Source: Leucoraja ocellata
Lineage: Eukaryota
DNA: 64,000 nucleotides
Assembly (NCBI GenBank): GCA_036785375.1
Contig: JAWMAR010000009.1
Coordinates: forward strand, 9,424,001-9,488,000
Reading direction: 5' to 3'
Shown here: one piece after another, positions 55,901-64,000 of the stretch
Numbering within the stretch: position 1 is the first letter of the stretch
How the letters are laid out: every line of letters starts with the position of its first letter
Made by a program: the position numbers and the translations under genes
The notes under the pieces: generated by a model
The model's database searches: none
Told to the model about the DNA's origin: nothing
What the model saw: only the letters and a program-made list of their open reading frames with translations

Positions 55901-58900
55901 AAAGAGCTAAAGATAAGAATAGAAAATGCTAAGAATTTAGCGGGTGGGACAGCAAATGTAGAAAATGAAACAGAGGGAAGTTCATATCAATGGCCTTTTC
56001 TCAAAAATAGGCAAGGTTTGAAAACAGGTATTCAGTTACCAAGAAGAGGAATGGATTGTGGATAAAAGCACTCATAGGGTGGAGTCCAAGAAAAACTGGA
56101 TAAACAGGGTGATGCTGGCTGAGGGAGGCTTGATACTCACAAATGATCTCTCTGGGGAAAGTGTAATTAGAAGGAAAAGAACACAAAAAGAGAATGACAA
56201 ACCAAGGTGCTGGAACTGTGGACAATTCACCATTGAATCCCCAGGGCTTACTGTGTCTGTTGCCGTTCTCAACCTTACTTTACATCTTGCTGGAGTAGGG
56301 TAAAAACCAGAGGGATTGGGATGGAGAATTAAATATGACAGGCTACTGGGAGCTGTGGGAACTCATTGTAGACTAAAGAGAGCCCGTTCTGCAAAGTGAT
56401 AATCTCATTGCATTTGGTTACTTCAATGTAGACTAGAGGAAACTACATGACGAGAACCATCTGCATAGGAAGAAACTTCAGACACTTGTTTATACCAAAG
56501 ATAGACACAAAATGCTGGAGTAACTCAGTGGGTCAGGCAGCATCTCTGGAGAAAAAGAATAGGTGGCGTTTCAGGACGAACCCTTCTTCAGACTGAAAGA
56601 TCTATTTTTGAAACCTATCCCAATGTTTCTCTTTAATGCTACACGGTGTAACGGCTGGAGATATAGATGACAACATTTCTTGTCCAATATTCCTTTGAAC
56701 CTTAACTTGCTCGGATTCCATCTTCTGGCAAGATGTAACTTGGTGGCAATGATTTATCCAGGCTCCATGCTTTCTGGACAATTGCCTTGCTACAATGAAG
56801 CAATTGGTTGTGAAGACTTCAGACTGCAGGAATGAGACAAATGCCTCACCCACACACAATCCATTCTACATAATCCATGATCTTCATCCCCTTCGATCTC
56901 TCATTTTTACCAACAAGAAACCTATAAAACACAGATGTCTTCAAGGCTCCTCTCAGGAAGCAGCAACACCAGTTTACAACTGACCTGCAGACTGATGGCC
57001 CCCACGTTGATTGTGAGGGTTTCGCAGCCAAACCCTATTTACAGCCTCACACACTGCAGCAATTGAACAAGGCTTTCTCCAGGGGTTGAAGCCCACAGAT
57101 GCACAGCCCTGGAAACTGTGCGACTGACAGGCCTGGGAGCAGTCTTGACATCCCACAACGACGTTTAGCAACTACTTGCATATTTACAATGCAGTTATTT
57201 AGGATGCTCGGCACTGCATTTCAGTCTGTGTCTGCCCCTTATCCACTGTGGGTCAGTGATCCAGAGAGCACAATAAGCACAATTCTAATTCCACAATGTA
57301 CTGTGTAAACACTTATGACCTTGTCCGTGATCAGACTCACAGCCACACACAACTCCCACTAACGGCAGAATCACTGAAGGAAGGGGGGCAAGGCATGTGA
57401 CACATCACTTTGTAGCACCCTAACGAAGATGCATTCTAAGTCTTGTACACTCAATCAGCCTCAGGCCTGTGGCCCTTTCCCCCACCACTTCTACTTCTAC
57501 TTCCTATAGGCTCGAGTGGCACTCATCTCCTTAAAGCATCAGTGAGCCCTGCTACAGGTACTGTTATAACTACCAGAGGGCATTCACTGCATTAGCCTGA
57601 GAGGCAAATCAGGCAGGGAAGCCTGCTTCAATACCTATTGCACAACCATTCAACGCCCTGGCTAAACCCCCGGCCTCAAAACGGTTTAAACGCATTGCAT
57701 CAGCGACCACGCTGTGGTTGAACAAGTTCAGCAGCCAAAGTTATTTTTGCAGCTAGAAGATAGACACAAAAATGCTGGAGTCATTCAATGTGTCATGCAG
57801 GGTATGGGCAGGCCTGAAGAATGGTCCTGACCTGAAACGTCACCCATCCTTTTTCTCCCGAGTTGCTGCCTGACCAGTTGAATGACTCCAGCACTTTATG
57901 TCTATCATCGGTATAAACCAGTTCCTTCGTACACTCTTTGTGCAACTATTCGCTCCTACGTAAATCACTGCTAATCCACCTGATTTAGTGCTAACAAGGA
58001 AGTTGGACTTTAGCTTCCTTGTTTTTAATTTCAAACGCTCATAAACATTGCCAAACAACTGCAACTATGCTGAACCCCCCCCCCCCCCCCCAGAAATTCA
58101 ATCTCATTATTTTCTCCATTACTATTTTCTACTTGTATTCACTCTGATAAAATTCATCTCCTTAGTATTTTTTCATTTTCCTTTTCGGCTGCTGAATGTG
58201 ATGCCGACGTCCATTATTGAGGGGGATAGACAGAGTGAATGAACAATGTTTTACCCAGAGTAGGAGAATCAAGAACCAGAGCACATAATGTGTAGGAAGG
58301 AACTGCAGATGCTGGTTTACACTGAAGATCGACGCAACATGCTGGAGTAACTGAGCAGGACAGGCAGCATCTCTGGAGAGATGGAACACGGGACGTTTCG
58401 GGTCCAGACACTTCTTCAGACTTCAGAGACTGAAGAAGGGTCTCAACCCGAAACGTCACCCATTCCTTCTATCCAGAGATGCTGCCTGTCCCACTGAGTT
58501 ACTCCAACATTTTATGTTTATCTACCAGAGGACATAAGTTTAAGGTGAGAGGAGAAAGATTGGAACATGAGGGGGACAACTTTTTCACACAGAGGGTGGT
58601 AGGTATATGGAATGAGCTGCCAATGGAGGTAGTTAGGCAGATGATATAACAGCAATTAAGAGATATATGGACAGGGACATGGATAGAAGATGTTTACAGA
58701 GATGTGGGTGAATTGCGGACAGGTGGGACTAGCGTTAATGGGGTATCTTTGTTGGCATTGGCAAGTTGGGCCAAAGGCACTGCTTCTGTGTTGTCTGACT
58801 CTTTGACTCTGTTAATCTCCTTTGCCTGCATGTGATCCATATCCCCCCACACCTTACTTAGCTACTTGCCTTAATGCCATTATCGCAGCCGCCTGCACCA

Positions 58901-61900
58901 TCCCCTTGCCTACGTGCTCTAGGCACCCACCTCTCACTGGGTGAAAAAACATCCCACACATCTCTTTTAAATGTTGCCCCTCCCACCTTAAAGAGACGTG
59001 CCCTCTCATTCTTGACATTTCCATGCTGGGAATAAGGTTCTGACTGTTCACCCTTTCTATGCCTCTCATAATCTTATATACTTCTATCAGGTCTCCCCTC
59101 AGCCTCTGACGTTCCAGAGAAAACTATCCAAGTCTGGCCAACCTCTCCATATGGGAAACTTCCTCTAACCCAGGCATCATTCTGGTAAACCTCTGCCACA
59201 CCCTTCACATCTATGCTGTAATGGGGAGACCAGAATTACACACAATACTCCTAAATGCAGGCCTGTACAGCTGCAACAGGAGTTCCTGATTTTTATACTC
59301 AGTGCCCTGACCAATGAAGGGAAGCATACCATACATAGAAACATAGAAAATGGGTGCAGGAGTAGGCTATTCGGCCCTTCGAGTCTGCACCGCCGTTCAA
59401 TATGACCACACATCTTCTTTACCAATCTATTTACTTACGTTGCCACTTTCACTGAGCTATAGATTTAGATCCCAAGTCCCCACTCTACTGCTCTGGCCAT
59501 TAACTGTATGCTTTCCGCATATAGTGGATCGGATAGGTTTGGAGGGATATAGACCAAACGCAGGCAGGTGGGACGTGTGTAGATGGTGCGTGTTGGTCGG
59601 CGTGGGCAGATTGGGCAGTGGGGCCTATTTCCATGCTGTATGACTATTCAACCTCCCAAAGTGAAACACCTCACTCTTGCTCGGAATAAACTCCATCTGC
59701 CATTTACTGCCATTACCATTGACATGTCCGTCAACAACCTTCCCTGTTTTCTGTTGTTCCTTATAAGTGTTGTGAGTTGTAAGCTTATTTCTCTTCCTTG
59801 TTACTATCTCTGCCCACTTTGTCTCTTTGTCATCAGCATCACTCCCCTGCGTTCCCTTACTCCACCTCTTGTATTTATACCATCTTTCCACAGTTTCCTC
59901 GCCCTCGCTGGCCTCTCTCTGCAATGCTGCTAATCCTTCCTTTCCACACCTTTGTCCTTCTAATCTGAAATATTAATCTCTCCATCTAGATGGGTTAGGG
60001 CAGTGCAGAGGTGCAGCAGGTAGTGCCACTACCTCACTGATTCGGGGAGCCTGGTTCAACCCTACCTTTGGTGCTATCTATCAGGAGTTTGCATGTTCTC
60101 CGTCTGAGTTTACTCGGAGTGCTTCTGTTTGCTCTCCCAGCTTCTGAAGATGGGCGGGCCAGTAGGTATTAGACTGCCTATGGTGCATGATTGCCCCTGG
60201 TGTATGATTGCTAGAATCTAGGGGGAGTTGAGAATAGGGTTGCCAACTTTCTCACTCCCAAATAAGGGACAAAAGGTCAAAATAAGGGACAAATTCCCGA
60301 CGGCAATTCGTTGACCGACTCGGCTGTGGCTGGGTGAATGATGAGTTGGCCCGGGTCTGGACTGCACACAAAGCCCAGCCGGTGGGTCAGCCGAGGAGTT
60401 TTGGCCCGGGTGATGTCGCACGCAAAGCCCGGCACCCCATCCAACTCAGGAACCGAGGATTGGCTATGAGAAGGAGGGGTGGTGGTGTCGGCGGTAAGCG
60501 AAGATCCAAAGGTCAGACAGCTGGCCGGGCTGCCAACCGACGGGGCCACGGGCGAGGAGCTGCTGCTGCACTCCATGGGCTGCACTACGTCGGGACGGGT
60601 GAGGCGGGGCCGGACGCGGCGCTCCGACCCGACAGCCCCCTCCACCCGAGTAGTAACAGTCAAATACGGGACGTGGGCGGTCCCGTATAGGACAAAACCG
60701 ATTTAGTCCAAGAAACAGAATGTCCCGGCTAATACGGGACAGTTGGCAACTCTAGTTGAGAGGAATGTGGGAAGAATAAATAGGGACACAATACACTATG
60801 ATCTTGAGCAAGAAGGCTGGAAGAACCCTTCTTCAGATCAGTCTAAAGGATCCCGACCCAAAACGTTATCTGTTCATTTCTTCCACAGATGCTGCCTGAC
60901 CCCTGTTTTTGTTATTGTTGCTCGAGAATAAAATGGGTTAGGGGGGGATTAGTGGAAGGCCGGCTGTTACACAGTGAACATAATGCCTGCTTTCCATGCT
61001 GCATCTCTCTATGACTCTATCTTTTTTTTTACAAATCGCATCTGAGTCGCTTCCCGCTGTTCACGAAGAACCCATCCAGCCCTCTCCGGACAGTTCCATC
61101 CTTGCTCTCTCTATCTCTCTCCGCTGGCTGTCTCCCTCACTACCTGCTGGGATTTCCGTCTCAAATCTCTAATGTTAATGTCCTCTCGGCGATAGCCTTT
61201 TTAGAGATGGTACACAAAAATGCTGGAGAAACTCAGCGGGTGCAGCAGCAGCATCTGGGCCCATCTCCTTCGCTCCATAGACGCTGCTGCACCCGCTGAG
61301 TTTCTCCAGCATTTTTGACTACCTTCGATTTTCCAGCATCTGCAGTTCCTTCTTAAAGCATTTTTAAAGATTGTGTGTTTTATTTCTCTTCTCTCCGCAA
61401 CCCTCGCCCTCCAGACAGGGTTGTGAAGACGGGATACTGTGCCCGTGCTGAACCCGAGCCGAGTGGTGACAGACTCACAACACAACTCACAACTCACGAC
61501 TCACAACTCGGCTCACAACACCCGCGGCGGCGGAGCTGAATAACCGTCACCTTGTTCCTGCGCCGTTGTTTTCGGGTCGGCTTTTAGGTTTACTGTTTTT
61601 TAAGAAGGAACTGCAGATGCTGGAAGATCGAAGGTAGACAAAAGTGCTGGAGAAACTTAGCGAGTGCAGTAGCATCTATGGAGCGAGGGAAATAGGCAAC
61701 GTTTCGGAACGAAACGTTGCCTATTTCCTTCGCTCCATAGATGCTGCTGCACCTGCTGAGTTTCTCCAGCACCGTTTGTCCCCCTACACCGCGGAACAGC
61801 GAGAAGCTTTTTGCATTACACGCTTTCCGATCAAATCAGATGATACCATAAACACAATCAAAACCAAACTCAAAAACATGGGAAGACACAGAGTGCTGGA

Positions 61901-62526
61901 GTAACTCAGCGGGTCAGGCAGCATCTCTGGAGAGATTCAGACTCTAAGAAGAAGGGTCCCGACCCGAAACAAACATTACCTATCCATGTTCTCCACAGAT
62001 GCTGCCTGACCCGCTGAGTTACTCCAGCACTGTGTGTCTTTTTTTTTTTGCAAACCAGCATCTGCAATTAGTTCCTTCCTTGTATCCATATTCATGCACA
62101 ATGGGCCGTTCTTTGAATGTGGGGTGAAGCAGGCAGGGGTAGAGGGTAGGGGTAGAGGTAGAATGTGGGGTGAAGCAGGCAGGGGGTAGAGGGTAGAGGG
62201 TGCCCGGCCCTGGATAAGTCAAGGCGGTGACCCGAGGGCAGGCACGATGCCCGGGACAAGCGAACTGGCATCGCCCGCTGCCACCGCTCCTCCAGCCTCC
62301 ACGCCCCCTGAAGCTGCCGGCTCTCCACCCCGACCCGTGACTGCAAATCCCCCTTTCCTCAAGGGGGAGATCCCTCACTGGGACTGGGGGGTCTCGCCCA
62401 CACGCGGAGGTTCAGTGCTGAATGCTCGCCATCCTCACCAACTTTCTGGAAGGCTTTCAGAGCGAGTTTCTTGCCGTCTCCGTCCTGTGGCGAAGGCTTC
62501 AAGCTTCCGGACCTGCTGCCGATCAT
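25006..62526 (-). CDS. PLCD3: Phospholipase C delta 3, complete 15-exon CDS (PH, EF-hand, X/Y catalytic and C2 domains), 755 aa
   Basis: Fifteen exons join with consistent phases (total 2268 nt). Motifs include [38 protein letters not shown] and GYRHIHLL. The exon-1 end [12 protein letters not shown] parallels human PLCD3 KRPGLRALKKMG; YPLG and ASLSPATLF are delta3-like; the gene is tail-to-tail with NMT1. Confidence 0.93.
25553..26195 (+). mobile_element. Young CR1 LINE 3' fragment
   Basis: Open ORF 25611-26105 ([15 protein letters not shown]...TRGHSL..FFTQRVV..WNSLP); (TTTCTATG)n tail; apparent TSD GTCTC. Confidence 0.92.
26596..26745 (-). CDS. PLCD3: PLCD3 exon 14 (C2 domain)
   Basis: ttacag|GT TTT AAC...GAA G|gtgagc; [43 protein letters not shown]. 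Confidence 0.95.
27364..28132 (-). mobile_element. Rex1/Babar-type LINE 3' fragment, near-identical to 4398-4877
   Basis: ORF 27675-28004; same 3'UTR and (ATTG)n tail. Confidence 0.82.
28721..28856 (-). CDS. PLCD3: PLCD3 exon 13 (C2 domain)
   Basis: attcag|GTT ATT...AAT G|gtaaga; [33 protein letters not shown]. Confidence 0.95.
28917..28984. repeat. (GA)n microsatellite, about 34 units
   Basis: Uninterrupted GA run. Confidence 0.97.
29148..29366. mobile_element. PIF/Harbinger-like MITE with ~80-bp TIRs
   Basis: tgcccctgtcccacttaggaaacc... / ...ggtttcctaagtgggacacagggggca; TTA TSD on both sides. Confidence 0.85.
30052..30230 (-). CDS. PLCD3: PLCD3 exon 12
   Basis: ctgcag|TG GCC CTG...ATC GAT|gtaagc; [30 protein letters not shown]. 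Confidence 0.95.
30560..30750 (+). mobile_element. Penelope GIY-YIG fragment
   Basis: Translates as [41 protein letters not shown]. Confidence 0.72.
31102..31218 (-). CDS. PLCD3: PLCD3 exon 11 (Y box)
   Basis: ttctag|GG TTC...CTG G|gtcagt; [36 protein letters not shown]. Confidence 0.94.
31758..31902 (-). CDS. PLCD3: PLCD3 exon 10 (Y box)
   Basis: ttacag|AAA CTC...AAT G|gtaagc; [15 protein letters not shown]...[12 protein letters not shown]. Confidence 0.92.
32431..32559 (-). CDS. PLCD3: PLCD3 exon 9 (end of X box and X-Y linker)
   Basis: tgcaag|GAA CTC AAG...AAG AAG|gtaaag; [43 protein letters not shown]. Confidence 0.9.
33950..34243 (+). mobile_element. HE1-like V-SINE
   Basis: tRNA-derived head, V-domain, CR1-like 3' end gggccgaagggcctgtttcc, (TAAAC)n tail. 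Confidence 0.85.
34652..34756. repeat. Small inverted-repeat element with an internal tandem (ctccagtctgtggt) expansion
   Basis: tttcaggaggtga..accctccag / ctggagggt..tcacctcctgaaa flank 7- to 21-bp tandem units. Confidence 0.6.
36345..36760 (-). mobile_element. CR1 LINE 3' fragment, (CTATTGT)n-tail subfamily; siblings at ~34935-35157 and 52061-52583
   Basis: caatagacaatagacaatagg tail; shared 3' sequence with the sibling copies. Confidence 0.85.
37511..38155 (-). mobile_element. Young CR1 3' fragment nested in an older + strand CR1 relic
   Basis: Near-identical to the reverse complement of 25553-26195; the older element continues on both sides (~37060-37510 and 38156 onward). Confidence 0.88.
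38387..38570 (+). mobile_element. HE1-like V-SINE with an internal deletion
   Basis: ggcacagtggcgcagcagtagag...ggttcgatcc head; (TAAAC)n tail. Confidence 0.8.
38868..39020 (-). CDS. PLCD3: PLCD3 exon 8 (X box)
   Basis: ctgcag|GTC...GAG|gtaagc; [14 protein letters not shown]...LPSPE. Confidence 0.95.
39107..39392 (+). mobile_element. HE1-like V-SINE
   Basis: A/B boxes (tggcgcagcgg; gggttcgattc) and V-domain. Confidence 0.82.
40530..40674 (-). CDS. PLCD3: PLCD3 exon 7 (X box)
   Basis: ttccag|A GCT...ACG|gtaaga; [38 protein letters not shown]. Confidence 0.96.
40895..41096 (-). CDS. PLCD3: PLCD3 exon 6 (start of X box)
   Basis: ctgcag|GC AAA...ATC AG|gtaacc; contains [21 protein letters not shown]. 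Confidence 0.95.
41951..42176 (-). CDS. PLCD3: PLCD3 exon 5 (EF-hands)
   Basis: tttcag|CAA TGT GAC...AAC G|gtatga; [28 protein letters not shown]... Confidence 0.94.
42341..43017. mobile_element. Unclassified non-autonomous DNA transposon inserted in a Penelope terminal repeat
   Basis: Termini agggaggttgcac / gtgcaacc(c)nct; internal ~60-bp inverted repeat 42461-42520 vs 42830-42889; host repeat resumes after the element. Confidence 0.65.
47374..47503 (-). CDS. PLCD3: PLCD3 exon 4 (EF-hand)
   Basis: ctgttac|C TTG ATC...TTT CAG|gtaagg; [43 protein letters not shown]. Confidence 0.92.
47504..50812 (-). other. U12-type (minor spliceosome) AT-AC intron, 3309 bp
   Basis: Donor ATATCCTTT (50812-50804); branch site gCCTTAAC (47519-47513); terminal AC (47505-47504); the join is in frame (CA|C = His). 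Confidence 0.93.
47765..48625 (+). mobile_element. Rex1/Babar-type LINE 3' fragment inside the U12 intron
   Basis: FADDTA..., [57 protein letters not shown]. Confidence 0.85.
50813..51041 (-). CDS. PLCD3: PLCD3 exon 3 (PH domain); ends at a U12 donor
   Basis: tttcag|TC TCG GTG...GAA CA|atatccttt; [14 protein letters not shown]...[32 protein letters not shown]. Confidence 0.93.
52061..52583 (-). mobile_element. CR1 LINE 3' fragment
   Basis: Translates as [21 protein letters not shown]...ESRTR. Confidence 0.87.
52640..52860. repeat. Degenerate tandem repeat (tgttcccactgcactaacaccac-like)
   Basis: About 8 recurrences of tgttcccac. Confidence 0.75.
52924..53073 (-). CDS. PLCD3: PLCD3 exon 2 (PH domain)
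   Basis: tcccag|GG TTA...ACG T|gtgagt; [49 protein letters not shown]. Confidence 0.93.
53322..53633 (+). mobile_element. Near-complete HE1-like V-SINE
   Basis: tRNA head, V-domain, (TAAAC)3 tail. Confidence 0.87.
58290..58525. repeat. Head-to-head pair of Penelope terminal repeats (hairpin), each with a hammerhead-like core, inserted in a CR1 relic
   Basis: Minus-strand core 58392-58419 and plus-strand core 58430-58457; the CR1 relic is split at accagag. Confidence 0.75.
60235..60754. mobile_element. Non-autonomous hAT element with a GC-rich interior, nested in a V-SINE
   Basis: TIRs TAGGGTTGCCAAC / GTTGGCAACTCTA; 8-bp TSD GTTGAGAA/GTTGAGAG; subterminal aaata(a/c)gggac repeats. Confidence 0.85.
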
Positions 62527-62900
62527 GGTGCTCCTTCCCTGGGCCCGGACTTTGCCCCGACACCGCCCCCGTGTCCGTGTCCGTGTCCGTGTCTGTGTCA
62601 GCCCTCGCCCTCGCCGCCTGTGGTCTCCGCTCCAGCACTCTCTGCCCGCCCGGAGCAGCGCCGAATGAAACGCTTCCTTCTCCCACCCTCCACTTATAAA
62701 GCGGCAGCCTCGGCTCACTCAGCTCGCAGCCTCTATATAAGGAGAGGGCTGCGCGCAAATGAGGAGAGATTGACTGAGAATGAGAAGAAAGCGTTTTCAT
62801 TAAAAAAAAATCAATCGTTTTCTCGCTCTCCCCACCCCGCTCTATTCCAGGCTACGCCTCAAAGCTCCCATTCACACCGCCCTGTGGCTTTCTTCAGACA
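62200..62900 (-). promoter_or_regulatory. CpG-rich PLCD3 promoter/first-exon region with TATA-like boxes
   Basis: CpG density is high compared with the flanks. The minus strand has CCTTATATAG (~62742-62733) and TTTATAAG (~62700-62693) upstream of the ATG, and (ACACGG)n in the presumed 5'UTR. Confidence 0.6.
62439..62526 (-). CDS. PLCD3: PLCD3 exon 1 (start codon)
   Basis: Good Kozak context agcaccATG; [30 protein letters not shown]|gtgagg; phase 1 matches exon 2; lies in a CpG-rich island. Confidence 0.85.
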
Positions 62901-63647
62901 GTCACCGAGTGATACAGCGTGGAACTTGCCCACACCGGCCAACAATGTCCCAGCTACACTACTCCCACCTGCCCGCGTTTGGTCCATATCCCTCCAAACC
63001 TGTCCTATCCATGTTCCTGTCTTACTGTTTCTTAAACTTTGTAATAGTCCCTACCTCAACTACCTCCTCTGGCAACTTGGTCCATACACCCACCACGCTC
63101 TGTGTGAAAAAGTTACCCCTCAGATTCATATTAAATCTTTTCCCCTTTATCTTAAATCTATGTCCTCTGGTAATGGATTCACCGACTCTGGGCAAGAAAC
63201 TCTGTGCATCTACCCGATCTATTCCATTTCATGATTGTGTACACCCCGATAAGATCACCTCCATCGCCCTAGGCGGTGAGCCTCCTAGTCCTCTCCCACT
63301 TCCAGGGCGATGAACCTTTGGGAATCTCTAACCCCGGAGAGCTGTAGATTCCCCATGGCTTATAAAATTGTGAGGGGCACCGATAAGATAAATAGAATAT
63401 TTACCTCGGGCAGCGGAGTCCAGAGCCAGAGAGTGTAAAGATAAAAGGGTGAACATAGAAAGGATCTGAGGGGTATGTTTTTTGCAGCAATGTTGTTATC
63501 TGGATGGAGCTACCGGAGAAAATGATTGGGACAGGGATTATTACAATATTTAAAAGGCATTTGGTCAGGAAAGGGGTAGAGAGATACAGGTGCATTGCAG
63601 GCAGATGTGATTACTAGGCATCGCGGTTGGCATAGACTTGGTAAGCA

Positions 63648-64000
63648 GAAAACATAGAAACATAGAACATAGAAACTAGGTGCAGGAGTAGGCCATTCGG
63701 CCCTTCGAGCCTGCACTGCCATTCAATATGATCATGGCTGATCATCCAACTCAGTATCCCGTACCTGCCTTTTCTCCATACCCCCTGATCCCCTTAGCCA
63801 CAAGGGCCACATCTAACTCCTTCTTAAATATAGCCAATGAACTGGCCTCAACTACCCTCTGTGGCAGAGAGTTCCAGAGATTCACCACTCTCTGCGTGAA
63901 AAAAGTTCTTCTCATCTCGGTTTTAAAGGATTTCCCCTTTATCCTTAAGCTGTGACCCCTTGTCCTGGACTTCCCTAACATCGGGAACAATCTTCCTGCC
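63648..64000 (-). mobile_element. Young CR1 3' fragment, running off the window end
   Basis: Same subfamily as 25553-26195; (CATAGAAA)n tail on the + strand. Confidence 0.9.

Noticed and set aside
56845-56890. Alternative PLCD3 first exon (ATG...GG|gtgagg)
   Set aside because: The available ATG frames end in phase 0 or 2, not the phase 1 needed to join exon 2.
62512-62526. PLCD3 as a myristoylation substrate of its neighbour NMT1
   Set aside because: The N-terminus is M-I-G; NMT requires Gly at position 2.
62422-63234. 270-aa + strand ORF over the PLCD3 promoter
   Set aside because: Low-complexity GC-rich read-through into an antisense CR1 relic; no recognisable domain.

Overview
Eukaryotic genomic DNA, intron-rich and repeat-rich. 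The repeats (HE1-type V-SINEs, HER1/CR1 LINEs, Penelope relics) point to a cartilaginous fish, probably a skate or ray (inference). Two convergent genes fill the window. On the + strand are the last six coding exons of N-myristoyltransferase NMT1 (1275-15474). On the - strand is a complete 15-exon phospholipase C delta 3, PLCD3 (62526->25006; 2268 nt, 755 aa by hand-splicing), in the same tail-to-tail order as in human. Highlights: (1) PLCD3 intron 3 is a minor-spliceosome AT-AC intron. (2) A dispersed Penelope-derived repeat family carries a minimal hammerhead-ribozyme core; it often sits as inverted hairpin pairs and has repeatedly been hit by other TEs. (3) PLCD3 has Lys at the normally invariant PIP2-binding Arg (R549 of PLC-delta1) and a short, near-neutral X-Y linker. 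(4) A 54-bp copy of the NMT1 proximal 3'UTR lies in an upstream intron, and a strong poison acceptor lies upstream of a weak NMT1 exon. (5) A full-length Tc1 and a Helitron-like element lie 3' of NMT1. All coordinates and identities were counted by eye; no searches were run.
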